Positions 28,416 to 39,949 of a stretch of 64,000 nucleotides of DNA are shown here, one piece after another (positions within the stretch are counted from its first letter, which is position 1; each line of letters begins with the position of its first letter). The notes beneath the pieces are model-generated. The model did no database searches. It saw only the letters and a list, made by a program, of their open reading frames with translations, and was not told the origin of the DNA. Where the stretch lies: assembly GCF_009914755.1 (NCBI RefSeq), contig NC_060926.1; one strand, written 5' to 3'. The DNA is from the human T2T-CHM13v2.0 reference genome, Homo sapiens. The position numbers and the translations under genes were made by a program.

Positions 28416-30355
28416 AGAAATACACGGTCAGAGGAGACTGAATGAAACACACTCACGAGATCTAGAAAATAGCCTCAAAAGGGTGAATCTAGGAGTTAAC
28501 CTTAAAGAAGAGATAGAGAAAGAGATATGGAAGAGAGTTTATTCAAATAAATAATAACTTTTCAAACACAGTAAAATATATCAATATCCAAATATAAGAA
28601 GGTTATAAAACACCAAGCAGAGTTAACTCAGAGAAGACTACTTCAAGGAATTTAATAATTAAACTTCCAAAAGTCCAGGATGAAGAAAGGACCCTGAAAG
28701 CAGCAAGAGGAAAGAAGTTAATTACATACAATGGAGCTCCAATATGTCTGACAGTAGACTTTTCAGTGGAAATCTTATAGGCCAGGAGATAGTGGCATGA
28801 CATATTTAAAGTGCTGAAGAACATAGACTAGTATATCTGGTAAAAAAAAATTCTTAGAAAAGAAGCAGAAATAAAAACTTCTGCAGACAAACAAAGGCTG
28901 AGGGATATCAACACCAGATCTTTCTTACAAGAAATGCTACAGGGAGTACTTACATTAGGAAAATGTAGAACATTAATTAGTAGTAAAATATCATGTTATG
29001 GTACAAAACTCACTGGTAATAGTAAGTACACAGAAAAACACAGAATATTATAGCACTGTAAATGCAGTATGTATACTACTCTTGTCTTGAGTAGAAAGAA
29101 TAAATGATGAACCATTCAAAAATAACAACTGCAACCACCATTCAAGAGATGGACAGTACAATAAGATATAAACAAAATGTTAAAAAGTCAAGGGGACAAA
29201 ATTAAGGCATACAGCCTTTATTAGGTTTATTTTGCTTATTTGTTTGCTTGTTTTGTTTATGAAGTGTTTAGATGATATCAAATTAATGTAATGGGTTTTA
29301 AGATAGTATTTGCAAGCCTCCTGGTAACCTCAAACCAGAGAACATACAATGGATACATACACACAAAAAAAGCAAGAGACCCATTCATCTCAGCAGGGAA
29401 AACCACCTTTACTAAAATAAAAAACAGGAAGAAAAAAAGAAGGAAGAGAACACCACAAAACAAGCAGAAAACAAATGATAAAATGTCAGAAGTAAGTAAT
29501 AGTTTATCAATAATAATATTGAATGTAAATGGACTAAACTCTCTATTATGAAGACACACACAGACTGAAAATAAAGGGATGAAATAAGATATCCCATGCC
29601 AATAAAAGCTAAAAAAGAGCACGAGTGGCTATACTCATGTTAGACAAAAGAGATTTCAAGACAAAAACTATAAGAAAAAACAAAGAGGCTCGCAATGCAA
29701 TGATGAAGGTGTCAACTCAGTAAGTGGATATAACAATTTTAAAAATACTTACACCCAACACTGGAGCACCAAGATATGTAAAGCAAATATTACTAGAGCT
29801 AAAGAGAGAGATCCCAGTACAATAATAGCTCAATATTTCACTCCAGTTTGAGGAATGTATAGTTCTTCAAGACAGAAAATCAACAAAGAAACATCAGACT
29901 TAATCTGCATTATAGACCAAATGGACCAAATAAATATTTATAGAACATTTCATCCAATGGCTGTAGAACGCACATTTTTTTTCCTCAGCACATGGATCAT
30001 TTGCAAGGACAGACCACATGTTATGTCACAAACAATTATTAAATCATTGAAAGAAATTGAAATGCTATCAAGCATCTTCTCTGGCCACAATGGAATAAAA
30101 CTAGAAATCAATAACAAGAGGTATTTTTGAAACTATACAAATACATGGAAATTAAACAATATGCTTTTGAGTAACCAGAGGGTCAATGAAGAAGTTAAAA
30201 AGGAGACTTAAATATTTTTTGAAACAAATGATAACAGAAAAAGAACATATCAAAACCTGAGATACAGCAAAAGCAGTAATCAGAGGGAAGTTTATAGCTG
30301 CAAGTGCCTACTTTAAAAAAGAAGAAAAACTTTAAAAAACAACCTAATAATCCAT

Positions 30356-32682
30356 ATTTTTATTCTGTTCTCATGCTGCTAATAAAGACATACCTGAGAC
30401 TGGGTAATTTATAGAGAAAAGAGGTTTAATAGACTCACACTTCCATATGACTGGGGAGGTCTCACAATTATGGTGGAAGGCATAGGAGAAGCAAAGGCAC
30501 ATCTTACATGGCACCAGGCAATACAATACATGGTATGCAGGGGAAACTCCCATTTATAAAACCATCAGATTTTGTGAAACTTATTCACTACCATGAGAAC
30601 AGCATGGGAGAAACTGTTCCTATGATTCAATTATCTCCACCTTGCCTGGTCCCTGACACCTGGGGATTATTATAATTCAAAGTAAGATTTAAGTAGGGAC
30701 ACAGCCAAATCATATCATTCCACCCCTGCCCCTTCCAAATCTTATGTTTTCATGTTTTAAAACCAATCATGCCTTCTCAGCAGTCCCCCAAAATCTTAAC
30801 TCATTTCAGCATTAACTCAAAAGCCCACAGTACAGTCTCATCTGAGACAAGGTAAGTCCCTTCTGCCTATAAGCCTATAAAATCAAAAGCAAGTTAGTTA
30901 CTTCCTATATACAATGTGGGTACAGGCATTGGTTAAATACACCCATTCCAAATAGGAAAATTTGGCCAAAATTAAGGGACTACAGGCTCCATGCAAGTCT
31001 GAAATCCAACGAGGCAGTCAAACCTTAAAGCTCTGAAATAATCTCCTTTGATTCCATGTCTCACATTCAGATAATGTTGATACAAGAGGTTGGCTCCCAT
31101 AGCCTTGGGCATCTTTTCCCCTGTGGCTTTGCAGGGTACAGGCCTCCTTCTGGCTGCTTTCACATGCTGGCATTGAGTGCCTGTGGCTTTTCCAGGTGGA
31201 CAATGAAAGCTATTGGTGGATCTACCAATCTGCAATCTAGAGCATGATGGCCCTCTTTTTACAGCTCCACTAGGCAGTTCCCCAGTGTGAACTCTAGTGG
31301 GGGCACTGACTCCACATATCCCTTCTGCACTGCTCTAACAGTGGTTCTCCTTGAAGTCTCCACCCTTGCAGCATAATTCTGCCCGGACATCCAGGAATTT
31401 TCATACATCCTCTGAAATCTAGGTGGAGGTTCCCAAAACTCAATTCTTGACTTCCGTGCACCCACAGGCCCAACACCATGTGGAAGCTGCCAAGGCTTGG
31501 GGCTTGCAGCCTCTGAACCAACGGCCTGAGCTCTATGTTGGCCCCTTTTAGCCATGGCTGGGATGCAGGGCACCAAGTCCTGAGACTTCACAAAGCAACA
31601 AGGCCCTTGGCCTGGCCTATGAAGCAATTTGTTCCTTCTAAGCCTCCAGGCCTGTGATGGGAGGGGCTGCCCTGAAGACCTCTGACATGCCCTGAATAAA
31701 CTTTCCCCACTTTCTTGGGAATTAAAATTTGGCTCCTCATTACTTATGCAAATTCTACAGCCAGCTTGAATTTCTCCTCAGAAATGGATGGGTTTTTCAT
31801 TTCTATAGCATCATCAGACTGCAATTTTTCTCAGTTTTTACGCTCTGCTTCCCTTTCAAACGTAAGTTCCAATGCCAAATCTTACATTTGTGAATACATA
31901 AAACTTAATGCTTTTAACAGCATCCAAGTTACCTTTACTACTTTAAACTTTTTTCTGCCAGGTGCCCCAAATCATCTTCTTTCTCAAGTTCAAACTTGAA
32001 CAAATCTCCAGGGCTAGGGCAAAATGCCACCAGTCTTTTTGCTAAAACATAGCAAGAGTAATTTTTATTCTAGTTCCCAACAAGTTCCTCATCTCCATCT
32101 GAAACCACCTCATCCTTGATTTCATTGTCCATATTACTATCACCATTTTGATCAAAGCCATTCAACAAGTCTCTAGGAAGTTCCAAACATTCCCACATCT
32201 TCCTGTCCTCTTCTGAGCTCTCCAAACGGTTCCAATTTCTGCCTGTTACCCAGTTCCAAAGTCATTTTCACATTTTCAGGTATCTTTAGAGCAGCGCCCC
32301 ACTCAACTGGTACCAATTTACTGTATTAGTCTGTTCTCACGCTGCTAATAAAGACATACCTGAGACTGGGTAACTTATAAAGGAAAGAGATGTGATGGAC
32401 TTACACTTCCACATGGCTGGGTAGGCCTCACAATTATGGCAGAAGACAAAAGAAGAGCAAAGGCATGTCTCACATATCAGCAGGAAATACAATACATGGC
32501 ATGCAGGAGAACTCCCATTTATAATATTATCAGACCTCATGAAACTTATTCACTACCCTGAAAACAGTATGAGACAAACCACCCCCTTGATTCAGTTATC
32601 TCCTCTTGGCCCCCCATCTTAACACATGGGATTATTATAATTCAAGGTGATATTTGGCTGGGGACACAGCCAAGCCATATCA
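30356..32682 (-). mobile_element. Full-length THE1 (THE1C-like) MaLR: LTR - internal - LTR
   Basis: Two ~360-bp direct LTRs (about 30356-30717 and 32322-32682) flank a 1.6-kb internal region. L1 ORF2 resumes colinearly on both sides. Confidence 0.95.
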
Positions 32683-33792
32683 ATTTTAAAGAATAGAAAA
32701 GCAAGAGTGAAACAAACCCATAATTAGTAGAAGAAAATAATAGTAAAGAACAGAAATAAATGAAATTGAAATAAGAAAACAATCCAAAAATCAATAAGAA
32801 GTTTTTTTGAAAAGTTGAACAAAATTAACAAAACTTTAGCCAGAATGAGAAAAAAAGAGAAATAATTGAAGTTAATAAAATCAGAGATAAAAAAGGAGAA
32901 ATTACTACTGATGCTGCAGAAATTCAAAAGATCATCAGTGGCTACTATAAACACCTATATGCCAATAATTTGGAAAATCTGGAAGGAATGACAATTCTAA
33001 GACACATAAAACCTACCAAGATCAAAGCATGAAGAAATCCAAAAACCTGGAAAGACCTATAACAAGTAATAAGATCAAAGCCATAATAATGTCTCTTAGT
33101 GAAGAAAAGCACAGGACCTAATGGCTTCACTGCTGAATTCTAACACACATTTAAGGAAGCACTAACACTAACTCTATTCAAACTACTCAGAAAAGTAGAG
33201 GTGAAGGGAATAACCATATGATCATTTCAATTTATGTTGAAAAAGCCATTTGATAAAATTCAACATCCTTCATAATAAAAATCCTCAAAAAACTTGGTAT
33301 AGAAAGATGATACCTCAATCTGATAAAAACTATGTAGGGCAGGCCCACAGCTATTATCATACTGAATGGGGAAAAAATGAAAGCTTGTTTTCTAAGATTT
33401 GGAATATGAAAATGATGCCTACTGTCACCACTGTTCTTCATTCAATATAAAATAGGAAGTCCTAGCTACAGCAATTAGACAAGAGACTGATATACGGGAC
33501 ATCCAAACTGGAAAGAAGTTAAATAACCCTTGTTTGCAGATGGTAGTTTCCTATATTTGGAAAAAACTAAAGACTCCACACACACACACAAAAAAAAAAC
33601 TATTAGAACTGATATATTCAGTAAAGTTGCAGGATACAAAATCAACATACAAAAATCAGTAGCATATACATATGCTCACAATAAATAAACTGAAAAAGAA
33701 ATTAAAAAGTAATGCCATTTACAATAGGCACAAATAAAATAGTCATGAAATGATTCATGTATCTCTACATACATGGCTAAGTCATATTAACT

Positions 33793-34040
33793 GATATATA
33801 TTTATATATGGATATATATATCTGGATATATATTTATATATGGATATATATATCCGGATATATATATTTATATATGGATATATATATCCGGATATATATA
33901 TTTATATATGGATATATATATCCGGATATATATATTTATATATGGATATATATATCCGGATATATATATTTATATATGGATATATATATCCGGATATATA
34001 TATTTATATATGGATATATATATCCGGATATATATATTTA
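33793..34040. repeat. 34-bp AT-rich palindromic minisatellite, about 7 copies
   Basis: Unit ATATATATATTTATATATGGATATATATATCCGG. CCGG occurs at 33854, 33888, 33922, 33956, 33990 and 34024; the first copy has CTGG at 33822. Confidence 0.97.
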
Positions 34041-34074
34041 TAATTATTTATTCTGATAGCATATAATATCTAAT

Positions 34075-35792
34075 TATGGTTTTAGCTTACATGTATTTAA
34101 TAGCTAATGATGTTTATTATTACACCTATCTCAGATGCATAATTTCCAAACATTTTCTCCAATTGTGTAGGTTGTCTTTAACTCAGCTGATAGCTTCTTT
34201 TGCTTTGCAGAAGCTTTTTAGTTTAGTTAGGGGACTATTGTCAATCATAATGGTTTTTTGGTAATTATTTTGGTGTCTTTGTCATGAAATCTTTGCCAGG
34301 CCTATGTGCAGAATAGTAGTTCCTAGGTTGTCTTTCACGATTTTAATAGTATTAGGTTTTACATTTAAGTATTTAATTCATCCTGAGTTGATTTTTGTAT
34401 ATGGTGTAAGAAAGGGGTCCAACTTCAATTTCTGACTATGGCAGCCAGTTATTCCAGGACTATTTATTAAATAAGAATTCCCTTCCCCATTGCTTATTGT
34501 TTTCAACTTTGTCAAATATCAGTTGGTTGTACATGTGTGACTTTATTTCTGTGTTCTCTATTCTGTTCCGTTGGTCTACGTGTCTGTTTTTGGAGCAGTA
34601 CCATGCTGATTTGGTTACTGCAGCTTTGTGGTATAGTTTGAAGTTGGGAGACATGATGACATCAGCTTTTATCCTTTTGCTTAGGATTGCCTTGGCTGCT
34701 CAAGTTCTTTTTTGGTTTTATATGGATTTTAAAATAATTTTTTCTAATTCTATGAAGAATGCATTGGTTTGATAATAACATCATTGAATCTGTAAATTGC
34801 TTTGCAATATGGCCGTATTAACAATATTGATCATTTTATCCATGAGTATGAAATGTTTTTCCATTTGTTCTTGTCATGGCAGATTTCTTTGAGCTGTGTT
34901 TTGTACTTCTTATTGTACTTTGTATTGTACTTCTTATTGTAGATTTTTTTATCTGTTAGCTGTATTTATAAATATTTTATTCTTTTGTGGCTATCGTGAA
35001 TGGAATTGCATTTTTGATATGGCTCTTTCCTTGGACATTGTTGGGGTATAGAAATGCTACTGACGTTTATACACTGACTTTGCATCCTGAAACTTTGCTG
35101 ATGTTGTTTATCAGAGGTAGGACATTTTGGGCAAAGACAATTGAGCTTTCTAGGTATAGAATTACATCATCTGCAAACACACATTTTTTGACTTCTCTTC
35201 CAATTTTGGATCTCTCACTCTCTCTCTCCTGATTTCTGTAGCTAGGACCTCCAGAGATATGTTAAATTGGGGTGGTGAGAGTGGGCATCTTTTCTTCTCT
35301 TTTTCTAGGTCTCGAGAAGAATGCTTTCAGCTTGTGCCCATTCAGTATAATGTAGGCTATGGATTGGTCATAGATGGCCCTTATTTTAAAGTATGTTCCC
35401 CTAATGCCTGGTTTTTTAGTGTTTTTAACATGAAGGGACATTTGATTTTATTAAAAGTCTCTTCTGCCTCTATTGTTACAGCCATGTGGTTTTCTTCTTT
35501 TGATTTTAGATTTTTTAATGTGGTAAATCACAAATAATTATTTGTGTATATTGAGTCAACCTTGCATTTCAGACATAAAGCACAGTTGATCATGATGGAT
35601 AACTTTTTTTATATAGAGTTGGATTCATTATCTCAGTGTTTTGCTGAAAGTTTTTGCCTCTATGTTTATCAGCAATATTGAACCAAAGTTTGTTGTTGTT
35701 GTTGTTATGTCTCTGTCAGGTATTGGTATCAGTTTAATGCTGGCTTCATAGAAAGAGTTAGGAAGAAGTATTTATTGCTCAATTTTTCGGAG
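34075..35792 (-). mobile_element. L1 ORF2 fragment (L1PA15/16-like)
   Basis: ORF 34460..34654 [17 protein letters not shown]...[11 protein letters not shown] is an L1 ORF2 remnant. No 3'UTR or tail. Confidence 0.85.
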
Positions 35793-36052
35793 TAGTATTT
35801 TGTTGAAGATTTTTGCATCTATGTTCACCATGGATATTGGTCTGTAGTTTTGTTGTTGTTGTTGTTGTTACCAAATCCAACAGCATATCAAAAACGTAAC
35901 CCACCATGATCAAGTGGGTTTTATACCAGGGATGCAGGGATGGTTGAACATATGCAAGTCAATAAATGTGATACACCACATAAACAGAATTAAAAACGAA
36001 AATCACATGATCACCTCAAGAGATGCAGAAAAAGTATTTGACAGAATCCAGC
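35793..36052 (+). mobile_element. L1 (L1PB-like) fragment with 5' inversion
   Basis: 35793-35869 is antisense. 35870-36052 is sense ([24 protein letters not shown]) and continues from the L1 position at the left end of the antisense part. Confidence 0.8.
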
Positions 36053-36074
36053 AGAATGAAAATGGACTAATACA

Positions 36075-39000
36075 GAGGGCTGTATCTTTCCAGTAATTTT
36101 TCTATCTCTTCTAGGTTTTCTAGTTTATTTACATAAAGGTGTTCAAAGTAGCCTTGAATGGTCATTTGTATTTCTGTTGTCTCGGTAGTAATATCTCCCG
36201 TTTCATTTCTAATTGAGCTTATTTTGATTTCTTCTCTTCTTTTGTTGGTTAACCTTGCTAATGGTGCACTAATTTTATTTATATTTTCAAAGTACTAGCA
36301 TTTGTTTCATTTATCTTTTTGTTGTTGTTTCACTTTCATTTAGTTCTGCCCTGACCTTGATTATTTCCTTTGTTTTGCTTGATTTTTGTTTGTTTTTTCT
36401 TGTTTCACTAATTCCTTTAAGTGTGACTTTAGATTGTCTATTTGCGCTCTTTCAGACTTTTTGATGTAGGCATTTAAGCCTATGAACTTTGTCCTCTTAG
36501 CACCGCCTTCGCTGTATCCCAGATGTTTTTATACATTGTGTCAAAATTATCATTCAGTTCAAATAATTTTTATAATTCCATCTCGATTTAATTGTTGACC
36601 CATTGATTATTCAGGAGCAGGTTATTTAATTTCCATGTATGTACATGGTTTTGAAGTTTCCTTTTGGAGTTGATTTCCAGTTTTATTCCACTGTGTTCTG
36701 AGAGAGGACTTCATATGATTTCAATTTTCTTAAATTTATTGAAACGTGTTTTGTGGCCTATGCTATAATCTATCTTGAAGAAAGTTCCATGTGCTGATGA
36801 ATAGAATGTATATTCTGTGGTTGTGGATGGAATGTTCTGTATATTTCTGTTATACTTGAAGGAATAAAAAAAGAAAACTTCCCCTGGTGTAGTTTAAATC
36901 CATTGTTTCTTTGCTGACTTTCTGTCTTGACGACCTGTCTAGTGTTGTCAATGGAGTATTCAAGTCCCCCAATATTATTGTGTTGCTGTCTATCTCATTC
37001 CTTATATCTAGTAGTACTTGTTTTATAAATTTGGAAGCTCCAGTGTTAGGTGCATATATATTTAGGATTGTCATATTTTCCTGTTGGACCAAGGCCTTTA
37101 TCATTATATAATGTCCCCCTTTGTCTTTTTAAAGTGCTGTTGCTTTAAAGTTTGTTTTGTCTTATGTAAGGATAGCTTCTTCTACTCACTTTTGGTGTCC
37201 ATTTGCATGGAGTTTTTTTTTTTTCTTCCCTTTACCTTAAATATTATATGAGTGATTATGTGTTAGGTAAGTCTCTCAACAGCAGTGGATACTTGGTTGG
37301 TACATTCTTATCCATTCTGCCATTCTGTATCTTTTAAGTGGAACACTTAGGCCATTTACATTCAATGTTAATATTGAGATGTGTGGTACTATTCCATTCA
37401 TTGTGCTATTTGTTGCCTGTATACTTTTTCTTTTTACTGTATTTTCTTTTATATATTATGTGAGATTTGTGCTTTTAAAGACGTTATGTTTTTACATGTT
37501 TCCAGGATTTGTTTCAAGATTTAGAGCTCCTTTTAGCAGTTCTTGTAGTGCTGGCTTGGTAGTGGGGAATTCTCTCAGCATTTGTTAGTCTGAAAAAAGA
37601 CTATCTTTCCATCATTTAGGAAGCTTAGTTTCACTGGATACAAAATTCTTGGCTAATAATTGTTTTGTTTATGGAAGCTGAAGATAGGACTCCAATGCCT
37701 TCTAGACTGTAGGGTTTTTGCTGAGAAATCTGCTGTCAATCTGGTAGGTTTTCTTTTGTAGTTTACCTGGCACTTTTGCCTCCTAGCTCTTAAGATTCTT
37801 TTCTTCACCTTGACTTTGGATAACCTGATGACAATGTGCCTAGGTGATGATCATTTCGTGATGAATTCCAGAGGTGTTCTTTGTGCTTCTTTTATTTGTA
37901 TGCCTAGGTCTCTAGCAAGACTGGGGAAGAGGAAGTTTTCTTTTTTTATTCCTTCAAGTATGTTTTCCAAAGTTTTAGATTTGTCTTCTTCCTCAGGAAC
38001 ACCAATTATTCTTAGGTTTGGTCATTTAACACTATCTTAAACTTCTTGGAGGCTTTGTTCATTTTTTTAAATTATTTTTTCTTTGTCTTCATTGGATTGG
38101 GTTAATTTGAAAACCTTTCCTTTGAGCTCTGAAATTCTTCTTCTGCTTGTTTGATTCTATTGAGGAGACTTTCCAGTACATTTTTTATTTCTCTGTTTCC
38201 TTTATTTCCTGAAGTTGTGATTGTTTTTTTAATTTATGCTATGTATTTCACTGAAGATTTCTCCCCTCATATTTAGTATCTTTTTATGATTTCTTAAATT
38301 GGACTTCACCTCCCTCTGGTGTCTCCTTGATTAGCTTAATAATTGACCTTCTAAACTCTTCTTCAGGGAATCACATATTTCTCCTTAGTTTGGATCCATT
38401 GCTGGTGAGCTGGTGTGCTTTTGGGGTGTATTAACAAATCTTGATTTGTCGTTACCTGAATTTTTTTTCTCTCTCACTTGAGTAGGCTGTATCAGAGGGA
38501 TGAACAGGGGTTCAAGGCAGTTGTTCCAATTCTTTTGTCCCATGGGTGTTCCCTTGATGTAGTACTCTTCTCATTTTCTTAAGAATGTGGCCTCCTGAGA
38601 GCCAAACTCTAATGATTGTTATTTCTCTTCTGGAGCTAGCCACCCAGCAGGGCTACCAGGTTCTGGGCTGGTGCTGAGGCTTGTCTGCACAGAATCTTGT
38701 AATGGGAACCGTCTTCAGGTCTCTCTACCATGGATAACAGCACCTGCTTTGGTGAAGGTGGTAGGAGAGTGAAATGGACTCTGTCAGAGTTCTTAGTTTT
38801 GTTGGTTTAATTCACTATTTTTGTGTCAGTTGGCCTCCTGTCAGAAGGTGGTGCTTTCAAGAGAGCATCAGCTATAGTAGCGTAAGGAGGATCAGGTGGT
38901 GGGCAGGGCTCTAGAACTCCCAAGAGAATATGTCCTTTGTCTTCAGCTACCAGGGTGGGTAGCAAAGGACCATCAGCTGGGAGCAGGGCTAGGCATGTCT

Positions 39001-39619
39001 GAGCTCAGACTATTCTTGGATGGGGCTTGCTATGGCTGCTGTGGGGAATAGGGGTTTGGTTCCTGGGTCAATGGAGTTATGTTCCCAGAAGGATTATGGT
39101 TGCCTCTGTTGTGTCATGCAGGTTGTCAGGAAAGTAGGGGAAAGCCAGCAGTTACAGGCCTCACCCAGCTCCCATGCAACCCAAAAGGCCAGTCTTACTT
39201 CCACTGTGTTCCACGCAACAGCAGCACTTGGTTTGCTTCCAGGAAGTGGGTTGAGAACTTGCCCCAGGCTACCAGCCCTGGCTGAAAAAGCAAGCAGGAC
39301 TTTCCCCCCTCCCCAGCTGTTGAGTCTGCACAGCAGATTTATGCCCTCTCCCACGTTCTAGCCAGAAGACTTTGCATTTGGTTAGAATTATTACCACATT
39401 CAGCTGGAGGTTTCTTTCTCCCCGTGGTCTTTTCTCAGTTCTTCTGGCAGTCCTCCCCAAGGATCCTGCATGAAACGAGTCAGAGACAGCTTCCCCGGGG
39501 ACCCAGAGAACCCACAGGGCATTTCCAGCTTCTTTCTCTAATCCTGTATTTCGTTCAGCTTTCTAAATTGACTCAGCTCCAGGTAAGGTCAAATCCTTCT
39601 CCTGTGATCTAAACCTTCA
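36075..39619 (-). mobile_element. L1PB-like LINE-1 5' half (ORF2 endonuclease, ORF1, 5'UTR)
   Basis: Endonuclease remnant TILNIYAPNTGASKFIKQVL...GDLNTPLTTLDRSSRQK (ORF 36850..37104). L1PB-type 5'UTR at 38.5-39.6 kb. Confidence 0.88.
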
Positions 39620-39843
39620 CTCACTCACCCTTTCCCTTGTTGGAGAGGTTCTTCTGGCTCCATGCTGAGGCCAGACAAGCTGGTGCCCAGCTTCACTCCT
39701 CTCTGTTCTCTGTGTCCCCATGCTGCCATGATGGATCCTGTTGTGGTGCCTCAAATGATCAGCCTACATTGTCAGTGTTCACTAGCTCTTTGTTTCCTCT
39801 CCATGAGAGAAGCACACATTCATTGCTTCTAGTTTCCATCTTG
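39620..39843 (-). mobile_element. 5' terminus of a different L1 (L1PA15/16-like)
   Basis: CTCACTCACCCTTTCCC...TTCCTCTCCATGAGAG...GCTTCTAGTTTCCATCTTG; the reverse complement contains the CAAGATGG YY1-site terminus. Confidence 0.6.
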
Positions 39844-39949
39844 TTGCCATACAATTTTTATTTATTGCTGTTTTCATTTTAAAAATTAGTTATTTTTCAC
39901 CTTTAAAGTCTTTAGATTTTCATAGGTATATTTCTCCATGTCTTTTTTT

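Larger units (their letters stand above)
25728..33745 (+). mobile_element. L1MA-type LINE-1 (5'UTR, decayed ORF1, ORF2 up to RT), 3' end lost; hosts an AluJ and a THE1
   Basis: The 5'UTR is homologous to 12770-14150. The ORF2 start is visible as MSEVSNSLSIIILNVNGLNS, and the endonuclease remnant as DQMDQINIYRTFHP...SIFSGHNGIKLEIN. Many stops and frameshifts. Confidence 0.92.

Noticed and set aside
33793-34040. CRISPR-like regular 34-bp periodicity and associated ORFs
   Set aside because: Head-to-tail tandem units with no unique spacers, no cas genes, and a primate context.
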